Virus record (IMG/VR): IMGVR_UViG_3300049001_000044
Coordinates: 124,001 to 188,000 of that record
Length of the DNA stretch: 64,000 nt
Reading direction: 5' to 3' (one strand)
Below, one piece after another: positions 17,695 through 26,473 of the stretch. The notes below the pieces were generated by a model. The model was not told the DNA's origin and did not search any database. It saw only the letters and a program-made list of their open reading frames with translations. The position numbers and the translations under genes are program-made. Numbering within the stretch: the first letter of the stretch is position 1; the number at the start of each line of letters is the position of its first letter.

Positions 17695-18033
17695 TTATAG
17701 CAGCGATTGCACATCGTTGGAGTCTGAACACGGAGGAACCAACCAATAAACTGCCTTTCCATGTTCTTGCGCATACTCGATTTCACTCCGTGTTGAGTCA
17801 CCATAATAGCCGTCCCTGTTCAAAATAACAACGACATCAGAGGCGGCTATCTTACGCTTATGCGCCACGTCAAGCGCAATTTTTGTTTCGTCACTGTACC
17901 AACATTTCACCCCATTTTTATCACTGGGATAAACTGCTAACGAAAATACTGTATGCCCTGCCAACGTCAGCACTTCATTCCAGTGTTTAAAATCGGATTC
18001 AAATTTGGCACTACCGCATAGTGTGATAATCAT
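17695..18033 (-). CDS. Nucleoside deoxyribosyltransferase/hydrolase-like (flavodoxin-type) protein
   Basis: ITLCGS...KIAASDVVVILNRDGYYGDSTRSEIEYAQEHGKAV; AT-rich relative to flanks. Confidence 0.65.
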   Translation of the reverse strand: MIITLCGSAKFESDFKHWNEVLTLAGHTVFSLAVYPSDKNGVKCWYSDETKIALDVAHKRKIAASDVVVILNRDGYYGDSTRSEIEYAQEHGKAVYWLVPPCSDSNDVQSLL

Positions 18034-19499
18034 TGTTTCACCTTCATTGAAATTTTCTTGAGGACCGGATACTGCGCTTCCTTGTAGTACTTGTCCCGTT
18101 CTTTTGCGTGCTTCTTACTCCACTTCAGCTTGGAGTAGATGTCCACTGCTTTCAGATTCTTCTTGTCGTCTGCCATACGGAGACCACGGCCGATAGACTG
18201 AATGGCTCGAATGAACGACTTGCCCGCATCAACGAGGACTAGGCAGAAGACACGGTCAATGGAGATACCAGTCGATGCGATACCCGAGGATGCGATGACG
18301 ATGAGGTCGTCATGCTCTTCGAACATGTCGTAGTGCTCCTTACGCAGGTCCTTTGGTGATTCACCATAGAGGAAGACTGCGCCCTTAATGAGGGAGGCCA
18401 GCTTCTCACCGAATGGGATGCTATTCACCAGCACAAGGGTGTTGCCGTTGGTAGCGCACTGTGAGATGATGATGTCGGCGATCTTCTCCATTCGAGCTGG
18501 AGACTTGGTGAGGAAGGCACGCTCGGACGAGTAGTCAGGGAACTCTTCGTCGATGTAGGTCTCATCCAACTCCACTGGCTGAATCTCAACCTTTGCAAGG
18601 TAGCCATTATCCATCAACCACTTAGCAGGGATTTCCTTCAGCACTGGACCAATCGAGCTAAACAAGCTCCATTGATCGGCCTCACCCTTAGGCAGAGTAC
18701 CAGTCACACCAAAGCGGAAGGCGATGTTCTTGCCATGCTCGTTGATTAGCTTTTGAGCGACCGACGCTTTGATGCCGTGCGCTTCATCCCAGATCAGAAC
18801 GTCAAAGTTCTCCATGATCTCTGGGTTGTATTGAAGGGCCTGCCACGTAGCAACGACGTGCGTCTTATTGATGTTCTTGTCGGTGCCAGAGTACACGCCT
18901 ACGTCCATGCCCAGCAGCTCGTACCACGAAGCGGTTTGATCAACTAGGTCAGAGGAAGGAACAATCGTGATGACGCGATATCCCATCTCACCATAGATGT
19001 GGGAGATACCAGCTGTGATGGAGGTCTTGCCTGCACCAGTACCCGCGATGATGAAGCCACTGCCCGCTTCCACCGCCTTCATCACACACTCATGCTGATA
19101 AGGACGCAGCTTAAATTGGACACCCGGCTTAACCTCAACTAATCCCATGATGTCGCCACCTTCGGCCTGCGTGCAGATGCCGATGTTATCGAAGCTAACC
19201 AGCTTACCAGGAACGGTTGGGTGCTTAACAGGCCTACGGTTGTCGACTAGGTTGACATCGTATCCCCACTTGTCAATGAAGGGAAGGATCTTGTCCAGCA
19301 GTCGTACGTAGGTCTTGCCTGTGCGCTCGAAGAAGTGGATCTTACCATCCCACCGACCAAGTTTGTACAGGGGCATGAAGAAGTAGCCATCAACAAAGAC
19401 GCCGAATTCTTTGAAGAGGGATTCAATATGTTCAGGGGCGAGACCGGAGAAGTAGCACCAGACCTCGTCCTTAACGGTGAGGGTACACGTTTTAGTCAT
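18030..19499 (-). CDS. uvsW: UvsW-like SF2 DNA helicase
   Basis: LRPYQ, GTGAGKT, DEAH, TGT, QSIGRGLR. Confidence 0.93.
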   Translation of the reverse strand: MTKTCTLTVKDEVWCYFSGLAPEHIESLFKEFGVFVDGYFFMPLYKLGRWDGKIHFFERTGKTYVRLLDKILPFIDKWGYDVNLVDNRRPVKHPTVPGKLVSFDNIGICTQAEGGDIMGLVEVKPGVQFKLRPYQHECVMKAVEAGSGFIIAGTGAGKTSITAGISHIYGEMGYRVITIVPSSDLVDQTASWYELLGMDVGVYSGTDKNINKTHVVATWQALQYNPEIMENFDVLIWDEAHGIKASVAQKLINEHGKNIAFRFGVTGTLPKGEADQWSLFSSIGPVLKEIPAKWLMDNGYLAKVEIQPVELDETYIDEEFPDYSSERAFLTKSPARMEKIADIIISQCATNGNTLVLVNSIPFGEKLASLIKGAVFLYGESPKDLRKEHYDMFEEHDDLIVIASSGIASTGISIDRVFCLVLVDAGKSFIRAIQSIGRGLRMADDKKNLKAVDIYSKLKWSKKHAKERDKYYKEAQYPVLKKISMKVKQ

Positions 19500-19558
19500 G
19501 TAGATTCAAAATTAAACGTTCAAACGAAAACTGCCAACCCGAAGATTGGCAGCCAAAA

Positions 19559-20020
19559 TTACAGCACGGTCTCTTGCAGCTCAGACACACGCAGCTTTGT
19601 GATGTGTCCAACCATCCATCCCATGTTCCTCAAGTTCTCCGTAATTTCGTACAGATGGTTCTTAGTGAGGTCAACTTCGATGATGATTTGGTTCAACTCA
19701 ACGATCACTTTCTCTCCAGCAATGTACGCTTGGATGTCGCGAGTGCTTAGCTGTTTTGGATAGCCTTCAACGTACTTTTTCCAGAGCTTTGCTGTCTCTT
19801 TCTCTTTGACGTTCTGCAGCCATTCAGCAAGTGCTTTCATTTCCTGATAAGCACGACCGTAGTTTTGTTGGTGATGCGGGAGAGTACGAGCGATCTCTTC
19901 AAGCTTACGACCTTCCAGCTCAAAGACGACTTCTGCATCTTTCACTTTTTGTTCATACTTGGGAAGGATCTCGAGGATCTGCTCGAGCTTGTCCATTTCC
20001 AATGTGAGGATGAAACTCAT
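19559..20020 (-). CDS. uvsY: UvsY-like recombination mediator
   Basis: Helical 153 aa, YVEGYPKQLSTRDIQAYIAGE; lies between uvsX and uvsW. Confidence 0.68.
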   Translation of the reverse strand: MSFILTLEMDKLEQILEILPKYEQKVKDAEVVFELEGRKLEEIARTLPHHQQNYGRAYQEMKALAEWLQNVKEKETAKLWKKYVEGYPKQLSTRDIQAYIAGEKVIVELNQIIIEVDLTKNHLYEITENLRNMGWMVGHITKLRVSELQETVL

Positions 20021-20289
20021 GCGTCTCTCTTAATGATGAATTCTTGGGTGTCGAAATCGAAGTCAATGGATGACTCCGTTCCTAACCGCTTGTATGTTGC
20101 TGCGTCAGCATAAATTCGCGGGTACATCTCCAAGAACACCCAGTCTCCCTTAGGCGCATCGTCTAAGAAGAGGATTTCAAGGGATCCAAGTGGGGGTGTC
20201 TTGAAGATTACTGCTCGCTTCTCGCCTCCTAAGAGGCTGAGAAGTTTTGCTCTAGCGCAGTATGTGACGGCTCTACGGTTACTCGCCAT
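20017..20289 (-). CDS. Hypothetical protein (90 aa)
   Basis: Start moved to MASNRR at 20289; 4-nt overlap with uvsY. Confidence 0.55.
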   Translation of the reverse strand: MASNRRAVTYCARAKLLSLLGGEKRAVIFKTPPLGSLEILFLDDAPKGDWVFLEMYPRIYADAATYKRLGTESSIDFDFDTQEFIIKRDA

Positions 20290-20455
20290 CCTTAGCTTCG
20301 GTACCGGCGTAGCCGTCCAGCAGCTCTTTGACACGCTTCGTCAGTTTTGACTGCGAGGTGAAGACTTCACGTTGGATGTCGTATGAATCGCCTTTAGCTT
20401 CAGTGTAGGAAAGCAGGAAGCCGCCAGTTACTACTTCGATAGTCAGATGTTGCAT
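20279..20455 (-). CDS. Hypothetical protein (58 aa)
   Basis: MQHLTIEVVTGGFLLSY...; TAATG overlap with uvsX; not in track. Confidence 0.6.
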   Translation of the reverse strand: MQHLTIEVVTGGFLLSYTEAKGDSYDIQREVFTSQSKLTKRVKELLDGYAGTEAKDGE

Positions 20456-21537
20456 TATTCTTCGTCCTTGTCAGAGGCCAGCAGTTTGGCCAGTTCGTCT
20501 TCTTCGCCTGAATCCATAGAGTAGCAGGCGGCTTTCGGGTGTTTGAAGAGCTTAGCAGCATCTTCGTGAGTCATTTCGTTCGGACGGAAGAAGTAGACTT
20601 CACCGTCGATCGGGCCGTTGGACATCATCCAACCTTGCTTCTTACCAGGGACATCGGACTTGACGATGACGCCCAGATTTTCCAGCAGATCAACCAGGCC
20701 GGTGAAGGGGCTCATACCCTTGCCATATGGAACTTCCAGCTCGATCTTGCCGCTTGCTTTGGTGAAGCGCGACTTGTAAGCTTCAACTCGCATACGAACA
20801 CCAACAACCTCAGTGCCCTCTTTCAGCTTCAGCTTAGTGACGAGGCCGATGATCGAAGGGAAGAACTTAACCGAGTTGGTGATAGCCCATGCTCCGTCGC
20901 CCATCATAACGTCTTGGTTGTAGACGTGGTCGGTGAAGACGAACGAGATAGGCAGCATAGCCAGTTGGCCGTGAATCAGCTTCAGCATTGCCTTACGACG
21001 TTTTGCCAGCTGACCTTGGTCACCCTTAATCACGCCACCACCTTCGTAGTTCTCCATCTCAGTGGTCGAAGCCAGCATTGCGAGGGAGTCAAGGATGATG
21101 AGGATACGAGGAGAGTCAGGGTTGTCTTTGCCGTAAGCTTTGACGTAGCCTTTGAAGAACTCAGCGCAGACCGAGTTGACGTCTTCAATGGTGGTGACCT
21201 TTGCATAGGTTAGGCTGTCTTCGTCAACTTTGGCGCCGATCTTACCGAGGTAGTCCATGTCCAGAGCATTCTCGGAGTCGAGAGCGAGGACGTGATAACC
21301 AGCAAGTTGTGCGTGCTTAATGGCGTTCGACGTAAGGAAGGATTTACCAGAGCCTGAAGGACCGACGAAAGCCACCGAACGACCCAGCGGAATGCCGCGG
21401 TTCCAATCACCAGTGAGGATGTAATTGAGCGCGTAGTTACCGGTGGTGAGCCATTCTTGCGGACGACCAATGCCTACCAGTACCGAGTCGAGTTTGTTTA
21501 CCGCCTTCTTAAAATCTTTTAGAAAGGAAAGTGTCAT
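20455..21537 (-). CDS. uvsX: UvsX / RecA-like recombinase
   Basis: GPSGSGKS, LDSENALD, ILDSLAML, FTDHVY. Confidence 0.93.
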   Translation of the reverse strand: MTLSFLKDFKKAVNKLDSVLVGIGRPQEWLTTGNYALNYILTGDWNRGIPLGRSVAFVGPSGSGKSFLTSNAIKHAQLAGYHVLALDSENALDMDYLGKIGAKVDEDSLTYAKVTTIEDVNSVCAEFFKGYVKAYGKDNPDSPRILIILDSLAMLASTTEMENYEGGGVIKGDQGQLAKRRKAMLKLIHGQLAMLPISFVFTDHVYNQDVMMGDGAWAITNSVKFFPSIIGLVTKLKLKEGTEVVGVRMRVEAYKSRFTKASGKIELEVPYGKGMSPFTGLVDLLENLGVIVKSDVPGKKQGWMMSNGPIDGEVYFFRPNEMTHEDAAKLFKHPKAACYSMDSGEEDELAKLLASDKDEE

Positions 21538-21605
21538 GTATGGATTGTCTCAAAACTATGGGAGGGAATGGAGGAGTAGAGAACCTACTCCTCCTACGGT
21601 CTTAA

Positions 21606-22475
21606 TTAACCGTTCTGCTGAGCACGTGCTCGTGCACGCAGAGCTTCGAGGACAGAGGACTTGCTAGCGCCGCCTTCTGCAGGAGCTTCAGATGCCGGTG
21701 CATCTTCAGCTTCGACCTTCGGTGCAGCTTTCGGTGCAGCCTTAGGAGCAGGAGCCGGAGTGTCGTCACCATCGCTTTCGCGGAAGGCTTGACCCGTTTG
21801 ATCAGCGATCAGCATCGCTTCGACAGTTGCACGATCGACGTACTTCGTGCGGTAGTCCTTCAGCGTGTACAGCGTCATTGCTTCGATGACTTCGTCGTCG
21901 AGGTCAGACTGCTTCGGTGCGAAGGAGGAAGTACCGTAGTCGGCGTATTGACCGGACTTGGTCTTCTTGATACGGAAGTTGTAGCCACCTTTCAGTTCGA
22001 ACGGTGCTTCTTCCAGGTCACCCGACTGGAAAGCCGACTGGATCTGCTTGAAGATCTTCGGACCAAACTCGATGAGTTTCACCAGAGCGTTTTGGTCATG
22101 ATCGATTGGCGACTCAACCACGATGACTTGACCGATGTACGACTTCTTGCGGTAGTACTTCTTACCCAGTTCTTCGTTCTTCTCATCGTAGTACTTACGC
22201 GAGAGATCGCATACAGGGCAGTGCTCGTTGTGCATCGACAGGCAAGGAACTTTCTTGCGTTCGCCGTTGATAGTCAGTTCGTGTTGGAGGTTTTCGACGA
22301 GGAAGCCCAGGGAGTTGGACTCGTCAAGGTCAGGCAGGAAACGTACGACTGCGATCGAGTCGTCAGGCATCTTCCAGAACGGATAGAACAGTTTCCAGGT
22401 TTGGTCGCCACCGCCGCCACCTGCGGCTTTTTGCGAGAATGCGGATTTCAGAGCGTCGAGATTAAACTTAGCCAT
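21606..22475 (-). CDS. gp32-like single-stranded DNA-binding protein
   Basis: Start moved to MAKFNLD (AGGAG RBS); RFLP, CLS...CPVC, GYNFRIKKT, acidic tail. Confidence 0.9.
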   Translation of the reverse strand: MAKFNLDALKSAFSQKAAGGGGGDQTWKLFYPFWKMPDDSIAVVRFLPDLDESNSLGFLVENLQHELTINGERKKVPCLSMHNEHCPVCDLSRKYYDEKNEELGKKYYRKKSYIGQVIVVESPIDHDQNALVKLIEFGPKIFKQIQSAFQSGDLEEAPFELKGGYNFRIKKTKSGQYADYGTSSFAPKQSDLDDEVIEAMTLYTLKDYRTKYVDRATVEAMLIADQTGQAFRESDGDDTPAPAPKAAPKAAPKVEAEDAPASEAPAEGGASKSSVLEALRARARAQQNG

Positions 22476-22525
22476 TTGTAAAACTCCTAAAAGGTATAAA
22501 CGAGAAAATGAAACAGTCAAAGGTC

Positions 22526-22556
22526 GTACGAAGTGCTTCGTACAAGACTATTTATA
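22526..22556 (-). promoter_or_regulatory. TATAAATA late promoter plus leader hairpin of SSB gene
   Basis: TATAAATA 22549-22556; GTACGAA-GCAC-TTCGTAC hairpin 22526-22543. Confidence 0.65.
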
Positions 22557-22643
22557 TGGGACTTACAACAGGCATCGATCAGGGAGATCGATATGGCATC
22601 GGAAGGGAAAAGATATGCAACTCGTTGTAGAGTTGATGGAGTA

Positions 22644-22674
22644 ATTATACTCCAACGAGTTGCTTAGAAAAACT
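22644..22674 (-). promoter_or_regulatory. Phage promoter AGTTT-N20-TATAAT
   Basis: Exact motif copy; -10 lies inside an 11-bp inverted repeat. Confidence 0.72.
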
Positions 22675-22682
22675 GTTGGGAT

Positions 22683-23114
22683 TTACTGTTCGACGATGTA
22701 AAGGTTGTTTCCCCAATTCATCGTCCAAGCCCTCCAATCTTCCATGTTGATTGGTACTCGCTTGAGTAGAACGCGCTTTCCAGAAGAAGTTCTGCGTGCT
22801 AATACAGGTTGTTTCTTACGTCGCGATCGCTGCTTCTTCGCTTCGTTTTTGTTAGAAGGCATTATACCATACCCGCCATAGTAATGAAACTTCACTCCAT
22901 CGCGGATCAACACTTCCAACATTGCCCATTCCTTCTTGTCATTTCGACGAGGAGCGCGGAAGGCAGAGCCCGCGTACAACATTTTCCTGCGGCAAGTCGT
23001 ACACTCATGATCCTTCGTGTTGTGATGAGGACGATGGAAACAGAGTCGACAGTTGAAGCACACATACTTCCCTGAAGAGGTGAGTGGTTGGTAGAGTCGA
23101 ATTCCTGTCCTCAT
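22683..23114 (-). CDS. Zinc-ribbon protein (143 aa)
   Basis: CFNC...CTTC; start moved to MRTGIR (ATGA overlap). Confidence 0.7.
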   Translation of the reverse strand: MRTGIRLYQPLTSSGKYVCFNCRLCFHRPHHNTKDHECTTCRRKMLYAGSAFRAPRRNDKKEWAMLEVLIRDGVKFHYYGGYGIMPSNKNEAKKQRSRRKKQPVLARRTSSGKRVLLKRVPINMEDWRAWTMNWGNNLYIVEQ

Positions 23115-23296
23115 ATTAGAGACACCAAGAATTTGCCAACAGACCACAGACCAACGCCCACTAACCCAAGCAGCGTGAGAAGAATGGTGTAGCCTAGGAT
23201 TGCGTTGTTGCGTTCGCCGATGCGCTCCTCTTCAGTTGCAGGGCGAGTCAGCTTCTCAAAGAAGCCACGAGACTTCAAAGTGAAGGGGTTGATCAT
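23111..23296 (-). CDS. Small membrane protein (61 aa)
   Basis: C-terminal TM; AGGAG RBS at ATG 23296. Confidence 0.65.
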   Translation of the reverse strand: MINPFTLKSRGFFEKLTRPATEEERIGERNNAILGYTILLTLLGLVGVGLWSVGKFLVSLI

Positions 23297-23472
23297 GCTG
23301 GATCTCCTGGGCGTCGATTCCATTTCGTGATTGCTTCGTCATCGCTATCACCAGCAGCTGTCGCAGTCCCGCATCCACCATTTAGGTAGTTGCAGATAAC
23401 GCGGCGCTCACCGGGATAGTTGGTATGCGAGATGATTTGCTTGTTCTCGCCGCATGTTGGGCATGGTAGCAT
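23293..23472 (-). CDS. Lar (restriction alleviation)-like zinc protein (59 aa)
   Basis: MLPCPTCG...C...GCG...DEAITKWNRR; GGAG RBS; not in track. Confidence 0.7.
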   Translation of the reverse strand: MLPCPTCGENKQIISHTNYPGERRVICNYLNGGCGTATAAGDSDDEAITKWNRRPGDPA

Positions 23473-23487
23473 TTGCGTTCTTACTCC

Positions 23488-23925
23488 TCAAAAGACGGTT
23501 TTGATTACGCCATTGCCAGTGTCAATCGAGATCTCTAACTGAATGGACATCTTGTTGTATTCGAACATGCGATAGTCATACCCAGCTTCCCACTCAACTG
23601 CCTGCTTGGTTGGAGGGCCTGCATGCCCATCAGGGTAGGTCCATGGCGAAGTGGGTTGGTAAGGGCAGTGGGTGAAGTCGTTATGGGTGTCGTCATGTTC
23701 TGCAGCCTTAAACCCTTCCAACCATTCCTTACTCTTGGGAGGTGGAGGAAGTGGCATCCAATGCGTGACCTCATCCCGCTCGAACCATCCACCGTTCGAG
23801 TCAAACGTTCTGTTCTTGGCGTCCCATTTAGCAGGCCAGACAGTAGGATGGTTTTGTGGATCAAACACCACTACCAACATCCCATCCTTTGTGGGGTACC
23901 CGTCCTTAACGTCGATCCAGTTCAT
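23488..23925 (-). CDS. DUF551-like N-terminus plus CPY...EAGY C-terminal module
   Basis: MNWIDVKDGYP...VTHWMPLPPPP, then EWLEGFKAA...CPY...EWEAGY. Confidence 0.7.
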   Translation of the reverse strand: MNWIDVKDGYPTKDGMLVVVFDPQNHPTVWPAKWDAKNRTFDSNGGWFERDEVTHWMPLPPPPKSKEWLEGFKAAEHDDTHNDFTHCPYQPTSPWTYPDGHAGPPTKQAVEWEAGYDYRMFEYNKMSIQLEISIDTGNGVIKTVF

Positions 23926-24422
23926 TTGACTTTTGCTTTCAGTGCTTTCAGCGCGGCCTTAGGCAGGTACTTCTTCGCCACCTTTTCCCAACCATTGATC
24001 TTGACCATACCACGGATCATCGAGCTGGACACGGCGACGAGGTCTGGAGGTGGCATGACGAAGACAGTCGAAACCTCTGGCTCAATGGCAAAGTTTACCA
24101 TCTGCTGCCCATGCTCATACTCAAAGTCCACAACATTTCGCAGACCGCGAACAATAACGTCCGCGCCGAATTGCTTTGCGACGTTGGCAGTGAATGTGTT
24201 CTCTGGCAAGAAAGCAATGGTAATACCAGTCAGCCCAAGCTGTTCATTGATGCTATCCACCACTAAGTCGTAGCGCTCGTCATGATCGAAGAAGTACTTC
24301 TTGTCAGGGTTGTCAGCCACCAAGACGATAACCTCATGCGCCATCTTCTGAGCTTCCTTGATAACGTGAATGTGGCCTAGTGTGATGGGATCAAACGACC
24401 CACTAACTACTGCGATGCTCAT
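23922..24422 (-). CDS. coaD: Phosphopantetheine adenylyltransferase
   Basis: SGSFDPITLGHIHVI, VRGLRNVVDFEYE, VSSSMIR. Confidence 0.9.
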   Translation of the reverse strand: MSIAVVSGSFDPITLGHIHVIKEAQKMAHEVIVLVADNPDKKYFFDHDERYDLVVDSINEQLGLTGITIAFLPENTFTANVAKQFGADVIVRGLRNVVDFEYEHGQQMVNFAIEPEVSTVFVMPPPDLVAVSSSMIRGMVKINGWEKVAKKYLPKAALKALKAKVK

Positions 24423-24991
24423 TCGTGTTCTCCCACAAGGTATTCGTAGATCGCGTCACTAATTTCTTCGGCACATTCTTCTGGAGTGGATGAGGTGGTG
24501 TCGACGGTAATGTCGGCCATCTCCATCTTCTTCTCTTCGCTCATCTGGTTTGCGATAACAGACATGGCTTCTACCCTGCTCTTCTTACCCCGTGCGACCA
24601 CGCGATCAACGCGGGTGTCGAATGACGCAGTGATGTGGACGACCAAGTCAAACTCACCTTGCATGTTGGTTTCAAAGAGTAACGGGAACTCGACGAAGTT
24701 CATTCCCTCCATCGACAGCGCCTTACCCAACTTCATGCCAATCTTAAGTGAGGACTGGAGATTAACCATGTTGCGAATCTCGCGATCACTGAAGACCAAC
24801 TTACTGACGATTTCTCGATCAGTGGTTTGAAACTTTTCGTACAGCCAGTCCAACCATCCCTGCTCCGTGTACAGTTCATCTACGAACTTGTCCATTGAGT
24901 AGAAGTTGGCTCCTTCATAGAGTTGTTCCAGTTGCTTGACGATGGTGGATTTGCCTGCGCCAATCCCACCAGTGATCGCGATGTTCATCAT
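24419..24991 (-). CDS. coaE: Dephospho-CoA kinase
   Basis: IAITGGIGAGKST, DR...KLVFSD, EFPLLFE, QMSEEKK...ADI. Confidence 0.88.
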   Translation of the reverse strand: MMNIAITGGIGAGKSTIVKQLEQLYEGANFYSMDKFVDELYTEQGWLDWLYEKFQTTDREIVSKLVFSDREIRNMVNLQSSLKIGMKLGKALSMEGMNFVEFPLLFETNMQGEFDLVVHITASFDTRVDRVVARGKKSRVEAMSVIANQMSEEKKMEMADITVDTTSSTPEECAEEISDAIYEYLVGEHE

Positions 24992-25329
24992 TCTCCGAAT
25001 TCCTTTTTCAGTCGTTCGTATTCTGCCTTGTCCCTTGCTACCCGCTCAGCCTTACGCTTCGCTTCCTTTGTAAGACGGGTCGCGAACTCTTGGTCCGTCT
25101 CTTCCCTCTTGACGTAGATTCGAGCGTAGGCGTAGTAGTGATCAGAATACGCCTCGCACTCTCTGTCGATGTCAAGGGTGGCGTCCTCACCATGCTCCTC
25201 GATGAGGGTTTGGATTTCCTTTAGAGCATCTTTCAGCTTGCCGTTGAGTGCGTACTTGACGTCATCGCGCGCAATGACGTCAATCATTTTCTTAGTCACG
25301 TCTCTTTCTCCAGTCAAAAGGGCGGACAC
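24988..25329 (-). CDS. Hypothetical protein (113 aa)
   Basis: ORF track; 4-nt overlap with coaE. Confidence 0.65.
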   Translation of the reverse strand: MSALLTGERDVTKKMIDVIARDDVKYALNGKLKDALKEIQTLIEEHGEDATLDIDRECEAYSDHYYAYARIYVKREETDQEFATRLTKEAKRKAERVARDKAEYERLKKEFGE

Positions 25330-25534
25330 CTGGCATCGCGTTCATTCTCGTCGCCAGCATGTGAGCATATTGTAACGCTTGTTCGTGGCAAGCAAAATCT
25401 CCGTTCACGACTAACGCTACGTCGTGAGCAAAGTCATGTGATTGAAGGACGACCAGTGGACCTTCTAGTCTGCGCCAGACGTCCACCTGCCACGGTCCTT
25501 GATCGTCTTCTACGTCCTCATGGTGATCACACAT
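25292..25534 (-). CDS. Hypothetical protein (80 aa)
   Basis: ORF track; TAATG overlap with the kinase gene. Confidence 0.55.
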   Translation of the reverse strand: MCDHHEDVEDDQGPWQVDVWRRLEGPLVVLQSHDFAHDVALVVNGDFACHEQALQYAHMLATRMNAMPGVRPFDWRKRRD

Positions 25535-26217
25535 TACTTCTTCTCCTTGTTCTGCTGGTCGTTGACGTACTTATTCCACTTCATCAGGGCAAGCGTCATG
25601 ATGCCAGGCAGATACTCGGCGTCAGGGACGGTGTTGATAACGCGAACTTCATCACACTCACTACCCAACAGGGCGGCTTCTTGGCGGAAGTACTGAGTGG
25701 TCAGCGCGCTGAATGGGATACTCTTGTCAGCGCGAGTAGCTTGGCGATCGTTGAGGATGCGCAGAGGAGTTTGGAACTCTGCTGCTACGATGTGGAAGCC
25801 GAACTGACCAGCAGTTCGGGCGTTCCTCAGATCGTTTACCCAACGAGTGCGCGATTTGCGGGTGACGTTCGTATTGTCCACGATCACCACGTCGTTGTTA
25901 TCACGGACTTGCAGCCACGAGGTAGTAACGAAATTGGAGAAGTCAGCACCCGCCTCATTGCAGAAGTCGAACGCCTTGCGGTAAAAGTCCACCGCTTCTT
26001 CGCGGCCAGTCGGGAAGTCGAACTTCATGTAGCGGAGATCGGGACCTCCGCACATCACACCATGTTCAGTGGCATGGAAGGCGTAGTAGGCAAGACGGCA
26101 GGTGTCCAACGAAAACACACCAACGTCTTGACCCGCATGATCAACCTTCAGCTGTTCGATGAAGGAGGATTTGCCGGAGCCCGAAGGGCCGATCAACAGG
26201 TAGGCTACTTTATTCAT
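25534..26217 (-). CDS. P-loop kinase (AAA_33 / polynucleotide kinase-like)
   Basis: LIGPSGSGKSS, VIVDNTNVTRKSR, RQATRADKSIP. Confidence 0.82.
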   Translation of the reverse strand: MNKVAYLLIGPSGSGKSSFIEQLKVDHAGQDVGVFSLDTCRLAYYAFHATEHGVMCGGPDLRYMKFDFPTGREEAVDFYRKAFDFCNEAGADFSNFVTTSWLQVRDNNDVVIVDNTNVTRKSRTRWVNDLRNARTAGQFGFHIVAAEFQTPLRILNDRQATRADKSIPFSALTTQYFRQEAALLGSECDEVRVINTVPDAEYLPGIMTLALMKWNKYVNDQQNKEKK

Positions 26218-26473
26218 TGTCTTTCCTATCTACGTTACCACGCACGCCTTGGTTCCAAAGTTCGCGCGTATTCACACCCACACCGCTTACGCTCTCATCG
26301 CAGTCTTCGCAGCCAACCATTGAGAACATTGCTTCGCCGAAACCCCTAGCGTTGCCGCCGCATTTGGTGCACTTGTTGTAGCCGATGATGGCGCACGAAT
26401 CACAAAGCCAGAACTTGTCATAGCCTTGGACAGTGCCGCCATGTTCTTCGCAGAACTTACCAGACTTTCTCAT
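26210..26473 (-). CDS. Cys-rich zinc-finger protein (87 aa)
   Basis: CEEH, CDSC, CTKC, CEDC; start moved to 26473 (ATGA overlap). Confidence 0.65.
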   Translation of the reverse strand: MRKSGKFCEEHGGTVQGYDKFWLCDSCAIIGYNKCTKCGGNARGFGEAMFSMVGCEDCDESVSGVGVNTRELWNQGVRGNVDRKDNE

